Positions 52,254-64,000 of a stretch of 64,000 nucleotides of DNA are shown in pieces (the first letter of the stretch is position 1; every line of letters begins with the position of its first letter). The stretch is from Geosiphon pyriformis uo1 (lineage: Eukaryota; Fungi; Glomeromycota): positions 187,752-251,751 of the forward strand of contig JAAOMT010000446.1 in NCBI GenBank assembly GCA_016748015.1. Direction: 5' to 3'. A program made the position numbers and the translations under genes. The notes under the pieces are model-generated. The model did not search any database. It saw nothing but the letters and a program-made list of their open reading frames with translations, and was not told where the DNA came from.

Positions 52254-53054
52254 TATTGCTTTATCTAGCTTGAGTGGCTAGCCACATGTAGTAAGTGCAT
52301 GAGTTATGTTTAGTTTAAGCCATTTAGTTTGGTTTTATGTACTAGATAGTAGTTGGATTTTACTCATTAAATGCATTAATAAAAAAAATATTATAATAAT
52401 ATATATTATAAATATATAACATAATATAATTAAACTTGTATAATAAATATGATTAAACTTATGATTAAAATTATTATAAAAATATATTAGTCTAAATATC
52501 TTAAATTATTGTATTGTTTTATTTATATAAAAATAATCACAAATTTGTATCTAATTTAACATGTTATTTATCTTTTAATTTAACATGTTTTTTATTTTTT
52601 GATTTAGTACATCTTTTATTTATGTTTTTTATTTCTTAATTTATTTTATTTTTGATATTATATTTTTAATTTATTTATTATTAAACTTTTCTAAAATACA
52701 AGCTTTTCTAACTATATCACAATATAACAAGTTTTATATTTATAAAACTCTCACAAATTAATACTAAAGATTTTATAATATATTTGAATATAGTTATATA
52801 ATAAATACAAAAAATTTAATATACTAAAAAATTTAATTTATATACTATAAATTAGATTGAATTTTTATATTCTAATTGGTTAATAAATTATGTATCATTT
52901 AAATTTGTAAGATTTTAATATTTCTATATTTTAATTGATTAATGAAAATTTAAAATTACATGTTATATAAAATTATACAAAACATAAAATTTTAAATTTT
53001 TTTTTTCTTTTTTTTTATAATAATATAATTATATTTGTTTTCTAAACTTATGAT

Positions 53055-53330
53055 TGTTATTATTAAAAAATTTTATTATTTTTTATAATATTATTAATGT
53101 TAATTTGTTAATAAAAATTATTAAATTTTTAATATTTTAAACTATATAGTATTAAGTTTATAATAAGTTTACTAAAATATTATTTAGAAATAATTTATTT
53201 TTATTAATTAGAATTTTAATATTTTTTTGTACTAAATATATATTTTAGCAAACTACAAGTTATTTTAATAAATTATTGAATATTTTATTGAATTTCTAAA
53301 TATTTTAATAAACTTTTAAATTTTATCTAA
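53055..53330 (-). repeat. Highly decayed LTR-like relic resembling the family A LTR
   Basis: AATATTATTAATGTTAATTTGTT and TTTTAGCAAACTACAAGTTATTTT match A-LTR segments after G>A / C>T changes. Confidence 0.4.
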
Positions 53331-53879
53331 TTTAAAATATTGTTAATTTTAATTTAAAAAGCCTTTTAACATATTAAATTTTCAATAAATAGATATTAAA
53401 ATTTGTAAAATATTTTTGCAAATATAAAATAAGTGATAAAGTTTAAAAACTTTTTTAATTTTATAACAAATATTTATTAATTCAGTTATTATCTTAAATA
53501 TATTTTATATTTATTTTTATATAAATTTTGAAATAAAATTTATTGCTTTAAGTTTGATTTTTTTTATTAACTATTTTTTTAATATAAAAATATATTTATT
53601 GTTTAGTTTATTAAAAGATTATTAAAATTTTTGTTGAATTATAATATTTAATAAAATTTTAATAAGAATAAATATTTGTTAAATATTTTGTAAAATAATT
53701 ATAATTATAATTTTAAAATATATAAAAAAATAATATTTAATATATATAGTTTTATATATTTTAAAACTGCTATAGCTAATTATATTATAATTAGTATTAA
53801 AGTTTTGGTTTTTTTGTATTGTTTTTGTTAATGATTTTAGAAATTAAATAAGATTTGTTGTTAATCTATTTATTAATTG

Positions 53880-56538
53880 TTTATTAATTCCTTTAGAGAA
53901 ATTTTAGAATTCTGGAATTCTGTAATTCTGTAATTTTAAGTAAAAAATTCTGGTATTCTGGAATTTTAGAATTCTGTAATTTCTTTAGAAAAATTTTGGA
54001 ATTTTTTTGTTATTACACCTACTTCTAATTGGCTATTTATCTAATTATAATACTTCTAATTTCTATAAGTAATATTATTCCTTTTTTTTAATATTGAGCT
54101 CTGTTAAAATTTTCTAAACTTTCTAGATTTCCTTTTTGAATTAGCTCTATAATTTCTTTCTCCAGAATTGTTTTTGTAATTCTTATCTACAATTCTTTAA
54201 ATTAAGCATTGGTTAATTTTTCCAATTGATTAATAGTTATAGTATCTATTGTTAAATGTAGTAATATTTCTGATCTGTTTCAAAATTTTATCCATAATCA
54301 GTAAATAGCTCTTGCATATGTGAATAATTGTTTTTTCTGACAAGTTATTTAATTTTTTGTAGTCAAATTAGATCAAATTTTTTTTTTGTTTTGTCAGTAT
54401 ATAAGTTTTTGATACTTAACTGTTGTTCCAATTGATAGTAACAAAAGTTTTTTGGATTTTGTTGTATCTATTAGTTCTAATTTTTTAAGATCAATTTTTT
54501 TTTTGGTATTGATATTCTTAGATCTTTCAATATCTTTTCTATCTTTCTTATTATTTTATCTACAGTATTCTTAGAAGTGTGATATCTGAAATATCACTTT
54601 TTGGTTTAATTTTTTTGCATTATTTCTTTGTTTTTGTATTGTATTATGTGTTTATTGATAGTAACTTTTAGGCTTGATTTCTGTTATTAAATTAGTTGTA
54701 ATAGTTGTTGTACAAGTAAGTAGATATTATCAATAATTTTTATTTTTTTTTGTTGTTTTTGTCACATGTATTGGTTTTTTATATACTATTCTGGTAGCTT
54801 AATTTGACATGTTTGCTTTAATAATAATGATTGGTTTTAGATCTTATAGAATTTTATCTGGTTTGATTAATATTTTTTGTATTTCTAGTTGTGGAATATT
54901 ATTGATGAATAATAATACTAAATTGTGATATGATTTTAGTTGATCTCTATATGCTGCTTTAACTAAGATTTTTTTGTCTCATTTTAGTTTATAAGCTTCA
55001 TTTTTTAGAATTTTTTCAATGTAAAATATTTTGTCTCATTTGGGATCGAATTTTTTATTCTATTGTTTTTCTGCTTTGGTACAATATAAAAGTACTTTGT
55101 TTTCAATCTTAAATTTAACTGGTTTATTTGGTAATTGGTTATCATGTTATTCTTTTTGTTTTTATTGTAACTTTTGAATATTATCAGCTGTTTTTTATTT
55201 TTTATTTTCCAAAATTTCTATTAATTTGTATGTTTTTTTCAATAATGTTCTTTGGAAGTTGGTTTCTGTTATTGGTTCAGTTGGATATGTGTTAATATTT
55301 ATATCAACTAATAATATTGCTGTTCTATTATAAACAAGTTCAAATAGTATTGCTTATATGGTATCTTGCTTCATTGTTCAATAAGCAAATAGTACTGATA
55401 ATATAAAAAAATTTTATTCATTTTGGTTTTCTTGGCTGATTTTGGTTATTACTTTGCACAATGTTTTATTGAACTTTTTAACTAAGTCATTTGTTTATGG
55501 ATGATATAGTAATAATAATGGTCTTTTAATTCTAAATTTTTAACTTAATTTTGTTAATGTTCTGTTCACAAAGTAAGCTCTTTGTTTTAATAATAATTTT
55601 TTTATATATTTGTGTTGACAAATTAAATTTTGGTGAATAAATTCGGCTATAAATTTTGCATCTGCTTTTTGGATTGCTTTTATTTCTGGCCATTTTGTAA
55701 AATAGTCCATAGCTATTGCTATATAACAATTGTCTTTGCTGATTATCATTAATAATCTGACTAAGTTAATTTTAATTTAATCAAATAGTTGTTCTACTTT
55801 AATTGGTTTTAGTGGTTCACTGGGTTTTATTCCTTTTTTTTTTTGATTAGCATTACAATTTTGCACATATTAAATGATGTTTAAATACATAGATGACCAA
55901 TAGTATCTTTTTTTGGTTCTTTTCATATTTGCTTCTTTATGAAAATATTTTGCTGTTAAATTTAAGTGCATATTAAATAGTATTGTTTTTTTTTTGGTTC
56001 TGTAATTATTCTGAGTGGCTAATTTAGATATTTTTTGTTTTTTTAGTATAATATATTTTGATAAATAATAAAATATTTTGCTTATTGTTTTATGTTGTTT
56101 TGTTTTTTTTGAGATAATTTTTTCTTAAACTATTAAGTATTAATAAAATGTTGGAATTGTTGATATTTTTATGTGTTTATTTTTTGTTATATTTTTGGGT
56201 TAAAATGTTCTTAGATTTGTTTTATTCATAATAAACTGTTAATATTTCTATTTTTTTTTCTTTTTTATAATGTACTGTATAATTGAATGATGATAATTTT
56301 ATTTTTCTGCATGACAGTCATCTCCAAATTCTTGTTTTTGAATTAATGTCAATCTTTTGTAATCAGTATACACATCAAATTTTTGTCTCAAATATTCTTT
56401 TTATTTAATAACAGCTTAATAAATAGCCAAATATTTTAGTGCTAAAGTTTTATAGTTTTTTTCAGCTGGACTTAAGTTTTGGCTGGCATATGCTACTGGA
56501 TGTTTTCTTTTATTTGGCTCTCTTTGTAACAATACTGC
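53880..56538 (-). mobile_element. Old Ty3/Gypsy family C 3' part (RNase H end, integrase, ORF3, PPT, LTR edge at about 54074)
   Basis: HPVAYASQNLSPAEKNY; AIAMDYFTKWPEIKAI; ORF3 relic YYQLEQQL...TINQLEKLTN; PPT TTATTCCTTTT on plus. Cut at 56539 by the family B LTR; left boundary unresolved. Confidence 0.75.
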
Positions 56539-57380
56539 TGTTATGCGATAGTTTTCTTGTTATATTTAATTGCCGATATTCTGTTTTAATTGCAATCAGT
56601 CTTTCGTGAGTTCCTCAATTCTATTTGTGTGATAATGTCACAATGTAAGTTATTTTTCAATTCCTAATTGTTGTGTGTGTTTATGTACTCCTTTTTAGAG
56701 GCTGAACTGAAATCTACCCACTGTTTGGGGTCTTCTCTGAAGCTATTCTTGAAATTGCCTAATGTGTTTCTCTAATCTAGAAACACAGAAGGTTAATGGT
56801 CTTTAGCACTTTTCCTAATTCTTACAATAAAGCTTTTATCAATTAGTAACAACGTGAATAATCTTGATCAAAAATTATTCTTTCAAGGGATTTAGTTGAT
56901 AAATGATAGTTTCATTCAATAAATAATACAAGTAAATTTCTGAATACTTTGGGTTGTGATAATTCAGTTTTAAATATTTTTTTTCATTTCTTTTTGATTT
57001 AAAGATTTCTTGGGATATTTAATTTGAAAGTATGATTTAAAGTGAAGTTTGTTGGATAAAATTGGATCTATTGCTTAATAAATTATGATTTTTATTACTT
57101 GATTCTCTTTTCTCAATATTAAAACTACTGTATATATACATGTTTGTAATTCTACGAGAAAACACATTGTAATACTTTCTTTTTGATATTTCAATCTGGT
57201 GTTTGCTGCTATTACCAGTTGGTGTTGGCTGCTATTGTGAACTGGTGCTTGCCACTATTGCAAGATGGTGTTTGCTACTATGTTAATCATTACTTTTCTA
57301 AGATTATTACTGTGCTATATTATGATTGAATAGTTTATATTATTTTTATGATTCTTTTGCTAAATTCTTAAACCATAACA
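56539..57380 (-). repeat. 3' LTR of family B
   Basis: 7-bp inverted termini, adjacent PPT, no visible similarity to the A LTR. Confidence 0.85.
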
Positions 57381-58062
57381 TTATTCCTTCCTTTTAAGAT
57401 TAAGCTCTGTTGAAATCAAAGTTAATTTCTTTATTAAATTTTAAGTTACTATAGTGGTTCAATACTGTGTTATTAATTTGTTGTTGTAATTCTTAAAATT
57501 GCAAGTTGGTAAGTCGTCCAATACTGTTGATTGTTATTATATTTATGGTTGGATCCAACAATAGTTTGTAACAGTTTTCAAATGCTTTGAAAATTCTATA
57601 AACTGTTTTTGAATGAAATGTAGTGTTGGTTTTTCCAATGAAAGGTTCTAATAGTTGGATAGTTGTTTTGTCAAACACTCTAGTTGAGTCTTTTGAGTAT
57701 AATGTTTGTATGTTCAAGTGCTTTCCTAGTTGATAATAACAGTAGTTAATTGGAAATTTCGTTTTCAAGTTGTTAAATGTGTCTGGTGTTAATTCACTTA
57801 TTTTTATTTCTTCCATTATTAGTGTATTGCCCAATGCTATCTCTAATTTTTCAATAACTTTGCTGATAAATTTGTTGTTATGTTTGGTAATATTATATAA
57901 TTTAAAATTATGTTCTTTTCTTGTTTTTGGATTTTTTATTGTTCTTTTTATGTATGTTATTTTGGAGCTATTAACTGTGATTTCCAGATCGGATTTCAAT
58001 TGTTGTAAGCTTTCAATTAATTGTTGAGTTATATTGTTGATGTTTTCTGGAATAAGTATTAT
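57381..58062 (-). pseudogene. Family B ORF3, homolog of A ORF3
   Basis: (ATA, ex-ATG)ILIPENINNITQQLIESLQQLKSDLEITV...YYQLGKHL...VYRIFKAFENC...SIGRLTNLQF*ELQQQI...TELNL. Confidence 0.75.
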
Positions 58063-58145
58063 TGTTTTAATTTTGACTGCTATTTTGGAATCTTTGCATG
58101 CATTTTTATGGTTGTTAAATCATTTTTGCTGTGATCTAAGATTAA

Positions 58146-59525
58146 TTATCTTTTTGAATAATGTTCAATTAAAACTATTGGTTCTAAATCTCATGGAATT
58201 TGTTCTGATAGAATTAAAGATAATTGTGTTCCAATTCTGGATGTCTTTGTTGTTATCACTGATTTACTGTAATAGAATTTCAGCCGGTTACCATGTGCTG
58301 CTTTTCTTAATATTTTATCATCTAGTTTTAGCTTGTATGCTCTATTTCCAAGTATTTTGTGAATATAAAATGGTCTATCCCACTTGTGATCAAATTTTCT
58401 ACTCCATTGTTTTTTCATTTTTGTACAATGCAACAATACTTTATCTCCAATTTTGTAGCTAATTATATTATCTGGTAACTGGTTATCATGTCTCACTTTT
58501 TGTTGTTCTTGTAATTGTTTAATATTTTGTGCTGCTTTTTTTCTTTTGTTTTCTAAAGTTCCCATTAATTCATATGTTCTTCTAAGTAGTGTTTCCTGGA
58601 ATGTTGCTTCCATTATAGTGTCACTTGGATAAGTTGGAATAGTAAGTTCAACTGGTAATATGGCTTTTCTTTCATAAACTAGTTCAAACGGTGTGAATTG
58701 TGTAGTATCTTGTTTTACTGTTCTATATGCTAGTAGTACTGCTGGTATGAACAAATCCCATTCTTTTTCATGTTTGTTACTAATTTTTGCCAGTGATTCG
58801 CATAATGTGCGATTAAATCTTTCAATTAATCTATTTGTTTGAGGGTGGTATGGTAATGACAGTGGTTGCTTGATTCCAAATTTTTGGCTAAGTTTTTTTA
58901 AAGTGCTGTTTACAAAGTGTGTGTCTTGATCTGATAGCAATTTTTGTAGACATCTATGCCAGCAAATTAAGTTTTTATGTACAAATTGAGCTACAGAAAT
59001 AGCATCAGCTGTCTTAATAGCTCTAGCTTCTGGCCATTTGGTAAGATAGTTCACAGCTATTGCAATATAATGGTTGTTTTTTGTTGTTATTAGTAAGGGT
59101 CCAACTAAATCGATTCCAATTCTGTCAAATGGCTGTCCAACTTTTATTGGTCTTAATAATTCCATTGGTTTTGCTCCTTCTTTTCATTGGCATGGGTCAC
59201 AATTTCTTATGTATTGGATTATGTCTGAACTCATTTTTGGCCAATAGTAATGGCTAGTTGCACATTGGATGGTTGCTGTTTTTCCAAAGTGGCCTGAATA
59301 AATATCTGAGTGCATGTTAAATAAGATAGTTTCTTTTTCATCCATGGTTATAACTCTTAATAGATTATTTGGATTTTGTCGATTTCAATAATAAAGTATG
59401 AAATTTTGGATGAAATAGTGTTTTGCTAATTTTTGGAGCTTAATTAGCTCTTTTACTGGCATTTCTTCATCTATTTGTAGTGTTTCCAAGTATTGGCTGA
59501 GGTTTTTGTAAAGGTGGTTGTTCAT
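58146..59525 (-). pseudogene. Family B integrase, separate ORF
   Basis: MNNHLYKNLSQYLETL...MHSDIYSGHFG...GIDLVGP...SDQD...IERFNRT. Confidence 0.9.
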
Positions 59526-59556
59526 TGTTGTTGTGATGGGTGGGTTGGTGATTTTT

Positions 59557-62500
59557 TTATGTGTGTCTCATTCTTGACAAACAGTCAGCATTAGCATTTT
59601 TGGTACCTTCTTTGTATTTGATAATATAATCATATAGTGCTAATGTTTGTGACCATCTGGCATATTTTTCTTTTAGTGTTTTCTTGTTATTTAACCAGAT
59701 CAGACCTCTATGATCTGTGGTAATCTCAAAGAATTGGTACTGTAAATATGTGTCAAAGTAAACACAACTCCAGACTACTGCTAAGCATTCAAGTTCGTGT
59801 GCTACATAGTTTTGCTCTGCCGTACTGAGACTTCTGCTGGCATAAGTGATTACATGTTCTTTTCTATTATCATTTTTTTGTGACAGAATGGCTTCAAGTC
59901 CAGTTCCAAAGACATCTGTGGCCAAAATGAATTTTTTGTTGAAATTTGGATAGATCATTATTGGTGATTCAATGAGCTTTTGTCTAAGGTACTCAAAAGC
60001 TTTTTGTTGTGCTTCAGTCCATTCAAACTTCACATTTTTGGATAGTAGATAATTAAGGGGTTTGGCAATATTTGAAAAGTTTTCTACAAAGCGGCAGTAG
60101 TAAGATGTGAGTCCTAAAAAGCTTCTAATTTCTGAAACGTTTCGAGATACTGGAAAATTTTTTACTTTGTCTATTTTTGATGGATCTGATTTTATTCCAT
60201 CTTTTCCAACTATGTGTCCTAAAAATGCTAGCTCATTTTTCTCAAAGAAACATTTTTCTAGATTTAGTTTAAGTCCAGTGTGTCTCAATCTCTCAAAAAC
60301 TTGTTGTAAATGTTGGAAATGATCCATGAATTTTGACGAGAAAACATTTGTATTATCCAAGTAGACAACAACAGATTGTCACAGGATTCTGGAATAAATT
60401 ACATCCATTAGTCTTTGGAATGTCACAGGAGTGTTTGTTAATCCAAATGGCATTACATTAAACTTATAATTGCCATTTTGTGTTGTGAATGCTGTTTTAT
60501 GCCTGTTCTTTGGGTCCATTTTCACTTGCCAGTACTCACTGGTCAAGTCCAGTGTAGAAAACCATTTTGCTCCTCCAAAAACATCAAAGATTTTGTCAAT
60601 TAACAGTATTGGATATGAGTCTTTGGTTGTTTTGCTGTTTAGTTTGCGATAGTCGACGCAAAATCTAATTTTTCCATACTAAAACAACTGGTAAGGACTA
60701 TGGGCTCATTGATGGTTGTATTATTTCTTTTTCCAACATGCTTTGGACTTCTTCTTTGATAAAATTATGCTCCATTGGTGGGACATGGTAAGCACATTAT
60801 TTTTCAAGTCTGGTGTCTCCAGTAGGGATTTGGTGTTGAACCAAGTTGGTTCTTCCAAATTCACCATTTCGTGAAAATATATCAGAGTATTTTAAAATTA
60901 ATGCTTTTAATTGTCACTGTTGGTCAGGATCCATTGTTCTAATGTTTAATTTGGTCAATTTTTCTGTCGTAAATTGATAGCATTCCAATGGTTGTTGCCA
61001 ATTTATTAAAGTGAGTTTACAATAGAGGGCAATTTCTGGGAAATTTAGAATTTCTTGTGGTGTTAACGCTGTTACCAGAGGTTTTTGGTCTCTTTTTTTA
61101 AATGTTGGTAATATTGATTTGCTGTGAATTCACATTTTCAGGAAGTAGTTGAACCTCCAATAACTGAATTTATCTTCAAATTATCTCCTATAATTTGAAC
61201 TGCTGGGCTTATAAGTGGAATGGCCAATTCCTTGCCAGTTACTTTATGTAGTTACGTTGTAGTAAATGTCAACTCTTTCCCAGGAATTGCTCATCTGGAA
61301 GCTCACTAAAAATGTGTAGTTACTTTGCTGTAAAAGTCAACTCTTCTACAGGAATCTTGTCTGTAGGCTACCTTAGTGATTATAGTAAGAAAAATAAAAG
61401 AAAATAAAAGAAATGTAAAAGAAATAGAATTTTTGTCAAGAGAAACATTTTCTATCCAGGCCTGAAGTTACTAACAGTTTACTGAAATTGGTAGCTAATC
61501 AATTTCGAAATGTTAGTTGGTTTTTGGGGATTTTCCAAGGGCAATAATTAAAGAATTTGGTTTTTCAAATTATTTGGTATTTATTTCTTTTTGTGTGTGT
61601 AGAATTGGTTCTAAGTAATAAATCTAAAGTAAGATACATTTTCCAGAAGAAAAAAGCTCTTCTTTTATATAACTTGTTGTAGTACTAGTTAATGAACTTG
61701 CACTTTTTTTCTCTTTGCCCAAATTCCGGCAAACTAAAAATACATTTTGATGAACTACAAGTTATTTCGCTGAACTATTGATTAATTTGGGTGAACTATT
61801 CATAATTTTGGCAAATTTCTGTAAATTTCGGCGAATTTCTTATAAATTTCGGCGAATTTCTATAAATTTCAGCAAATTTTTGAATATTACAAAGTTCAGG
61901 GTATTGTGTAATCATCTTACTTTCTGTTATACTAATTAGATTATTTTAATTGAATCGTGATATGTGATAATTGATTAAATAATAAATGATAATTTGAAAT
62001 AATATTAATATACTAATGAATTATAGGAATTATAAGGGTAATTTCATGCTAATTAATACTAAAATTTTACTGGTAACAACACATTTTCTAGCTTCATTTT
62101 GAGGTATTCAATGATAGTATCTTCCAGAATATAGACAGGTTCTTCTGTAGTGTTTGCAATAGAAATTTTTATCCATTAAGCTTTATCAGCTGGAATAAAA
62201 AGGTTAGTAAGTCCTATAAGGAACTGTTGGCAAGTTTTTGGGTAAGGTTCAAATATTAGGTTTTTTTCTTTAATTGTTCTTTTTATTCTTATTTCTGATT
62301 TTCCATATGGTAGGAGCATAATAAACTACTCAGTTTTAATTACTTCACCTTTTTTCTTTATTGTTTCAGCAAAATTCGCTTCAATTCTTTTTCCTGTCGA
62401 TCCAAAACCAAAAGTTCTTCTTGTTGTTTATAACAATTTCTCACAATTTTCCACTGGCACGAATTTCTCAATTTTTACCAATGGTAGAAAAATTGCTTGT

Positions 62501-64000
62501 GCAATTTTTTCCTTAGATTCAATGGTATAAGGCTTTCTTGAATTGTTCTGTAGCAAAACCATCAAATTTCCAGTGTATCCAGAGTCAATTACTCCTTTTT
62601 GAATGCTTATTCTTTTTTTTGCAAGGCTTGATCACAATGCTATTTGAACCATTATTCCTGGCAGAATTTCAACTGCTATTTTTAGGTCAATTTTGGTAAT
62701 ACTCCTAGATGGTAACATTGTGGATTGGTCTTCTGGATAATGTAGATCAAATCCAGCATCAGTTGGATGGGCTCTTTCAGGTATTATTCCTAAGTGTCTG
62801 TTGTCAAAGTATTGAATGTTGGTTATCTGTTCTAGGTCAGTATAGACTACAAATTTTTCTGACTTGGGACTGTCAGGTGAGTCTTGTTGATTTATTAATT
62901 GATTTTGAGACTGCTGATTCTCAATTTCCATTTTTTTTTCTAAGTTCTTTCGTCTTGACACTCTTCACAGCACTGATTTTGGCACGGAATAAGACAGTTT
63001 TCGCAGAGGTAAGTGTTGATTTGGGCGAGGTATTGTTCTTGCTCTTGTCAAGTGAAGCATAGTTGTTGGTAGTAGTCTTGGAATTCATCCATTAGGTCAA
63101 ACATATTGTAGCTGGTGACTTTGTTAGCTACTTTGGCTGACTCTTTCCAATGTCGTATTTCTTCAGTGGTTCCTCTTCTTACTTTGGTTTGTGCAGTGTT
63201 GTACAACTTGTTCTCATTGTGTGGGTAGTGCTGTAGTCTTTTTAACACTCTGTTGAATGCTGTTTCGAATGGCATTCCTCCTCTTACCCAGTCATAGATA
63301 AGGATTGTGTATTGGCAAGTTGCATCACACGTTCTTCCTCTGCCTGGTATGTCATTCCAGTCGCACCCTCTTGGTAACAGTTCTCCACAAGCGAGGCACA
63401 GTTCCTCGTCCCATTTTCCATGTCTTTCTGAGTAACCATATTTTTTTTGTTACAACGATTACAATAGTAGTGGGTGGAGTTTTTTGGGTCTTTGTTTGGT
63501 GTACTGCATACAGTCATAGACAAAAGTTTTTTCTTGCAAACCGAGCATTCTAGCTTTGGTCTACGTCGCTGGTGGTTTCTTCATGAACTTACTTGGTTTC
63601 ATTTGGATTTTTCTTCACTGGTCTATGTTGGTATGGCTAGTAGTCCTGTTTTTTGGTTATTAGCCCAAGAGAGCTGATAGGTTTCGATGGCTGGTAGTGC
63701 TGGATTTTCTTCAAATTTGAAGGTAGGTCTTTGGTTGGTGCTGGGTTTTTGGAAGTGACTACAAGTGGCTGGAATTTTGGTCTGGTGGCCATTATAATTG
63801 ATCAGAAGCTCTTAGGTGGTCTAGTCTAGAGTGACATTGGCTTTTGTTAGCCAGTCATTCCCTACTAATGTTTAATATTGTGTAGTATCTATTACTAATA
63901 CTTTTGTAGGTATTATTATGCTGTTAATTTCGAAAGGAAATGAGTCAATTTTGCCATGAGGCAGCTTTATACTTCCATTGGCTGTTATGATTTGGGACAT
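59557..64000 (-). pseudogene. Family B polyprotein (protease to RNase H), interrupted by a solo LTR
   Basis: LVGNDWL protease tail; CxxC-rich domain; AGFDL / IDSGYTG / IAQ / GFGSTG dUTPase; MPFGL, YLDN RT; ILATDV...ELECLAV...TDH...ADCLSRMRHT*. Confidence 0.9.
61070..62078 (-). repeat. Solo LTR, family A variant, inside family B pol
   Basis: TGTTAC...GTAACA, TSD ACGC/ACAC (CpG decay); U3 end of the same type as 45041-46009. Confidence 0.92.

Larger units (their letters stand above)
43550..52389 (+). mobile_element. Near full-length degenerate LINE copy 2 (APE-RT-RNase H type) carrying two solo LTRs
   Basis: ORF1, ORF2, 3' UTR and poly(A) at about 52378-52389; 5' boundary approximate. Confidence 0.9.
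56539..64000 (-). mobile_element. Ty3/Gypsy family B (runs off the window), nested in C
   Basis: 3' LTR 56539-57380 (TGTTATG...CATAACA), PPT AAAAGGAAGGAATAA, then ORF3, IN, RH, RT, dUTPase, Cys-rich domain and protease C-half. Confidence 0.92.

Noticed and set aside
56535-56538. CTGC flanking both A1 and B as a target-site preference
   Set aside because: The other TSDs (ATGR, TTRG, ACAT, ACRC) differ, and B's other end lies outside the window.

Overview
AT-rich eukaryotic DNA, most likely fungal. The repeat families and gene style resemble Glomeromycotina such as Geosiphon, which is an inference from memory. Positions 1-13 kb are genic: a spliced SENP8/DEN1 deneddylase with a 6-nt microexon at its active site, a 7TM membrane protein, a Sel1-repeat gene, a small secreted protein, a Myb/SANT protein and a possible HMG-box relic. 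From about 13.6 kb to the end there is no host gene, only a nest of dead, transition-riddled retroelements: two APE/RNase H LINEs, a full Ty3/Gypsy element (A2) inserted into a sister copy (A1) that sits in a LINE, three solo LTRs, and two more Gypsy families (B nested in C). The main finding is the shared, unusual organisation of these Gypsy elements. One ORF encodes an AUG-less N-terminal extension, Gag, protease, a Cys-rich domain, dUTPase, a dUTPase-like domain, RT and RNase H, and ends at a conserved stop. Integrase follows as a separate cistron with its own ATG behind an A/C-rich spacer, and a third conserved non-Env ORF runs into the PPT/3' LTR. Coordinates were counted by hand and may be off by a few bases; no database searches were run.
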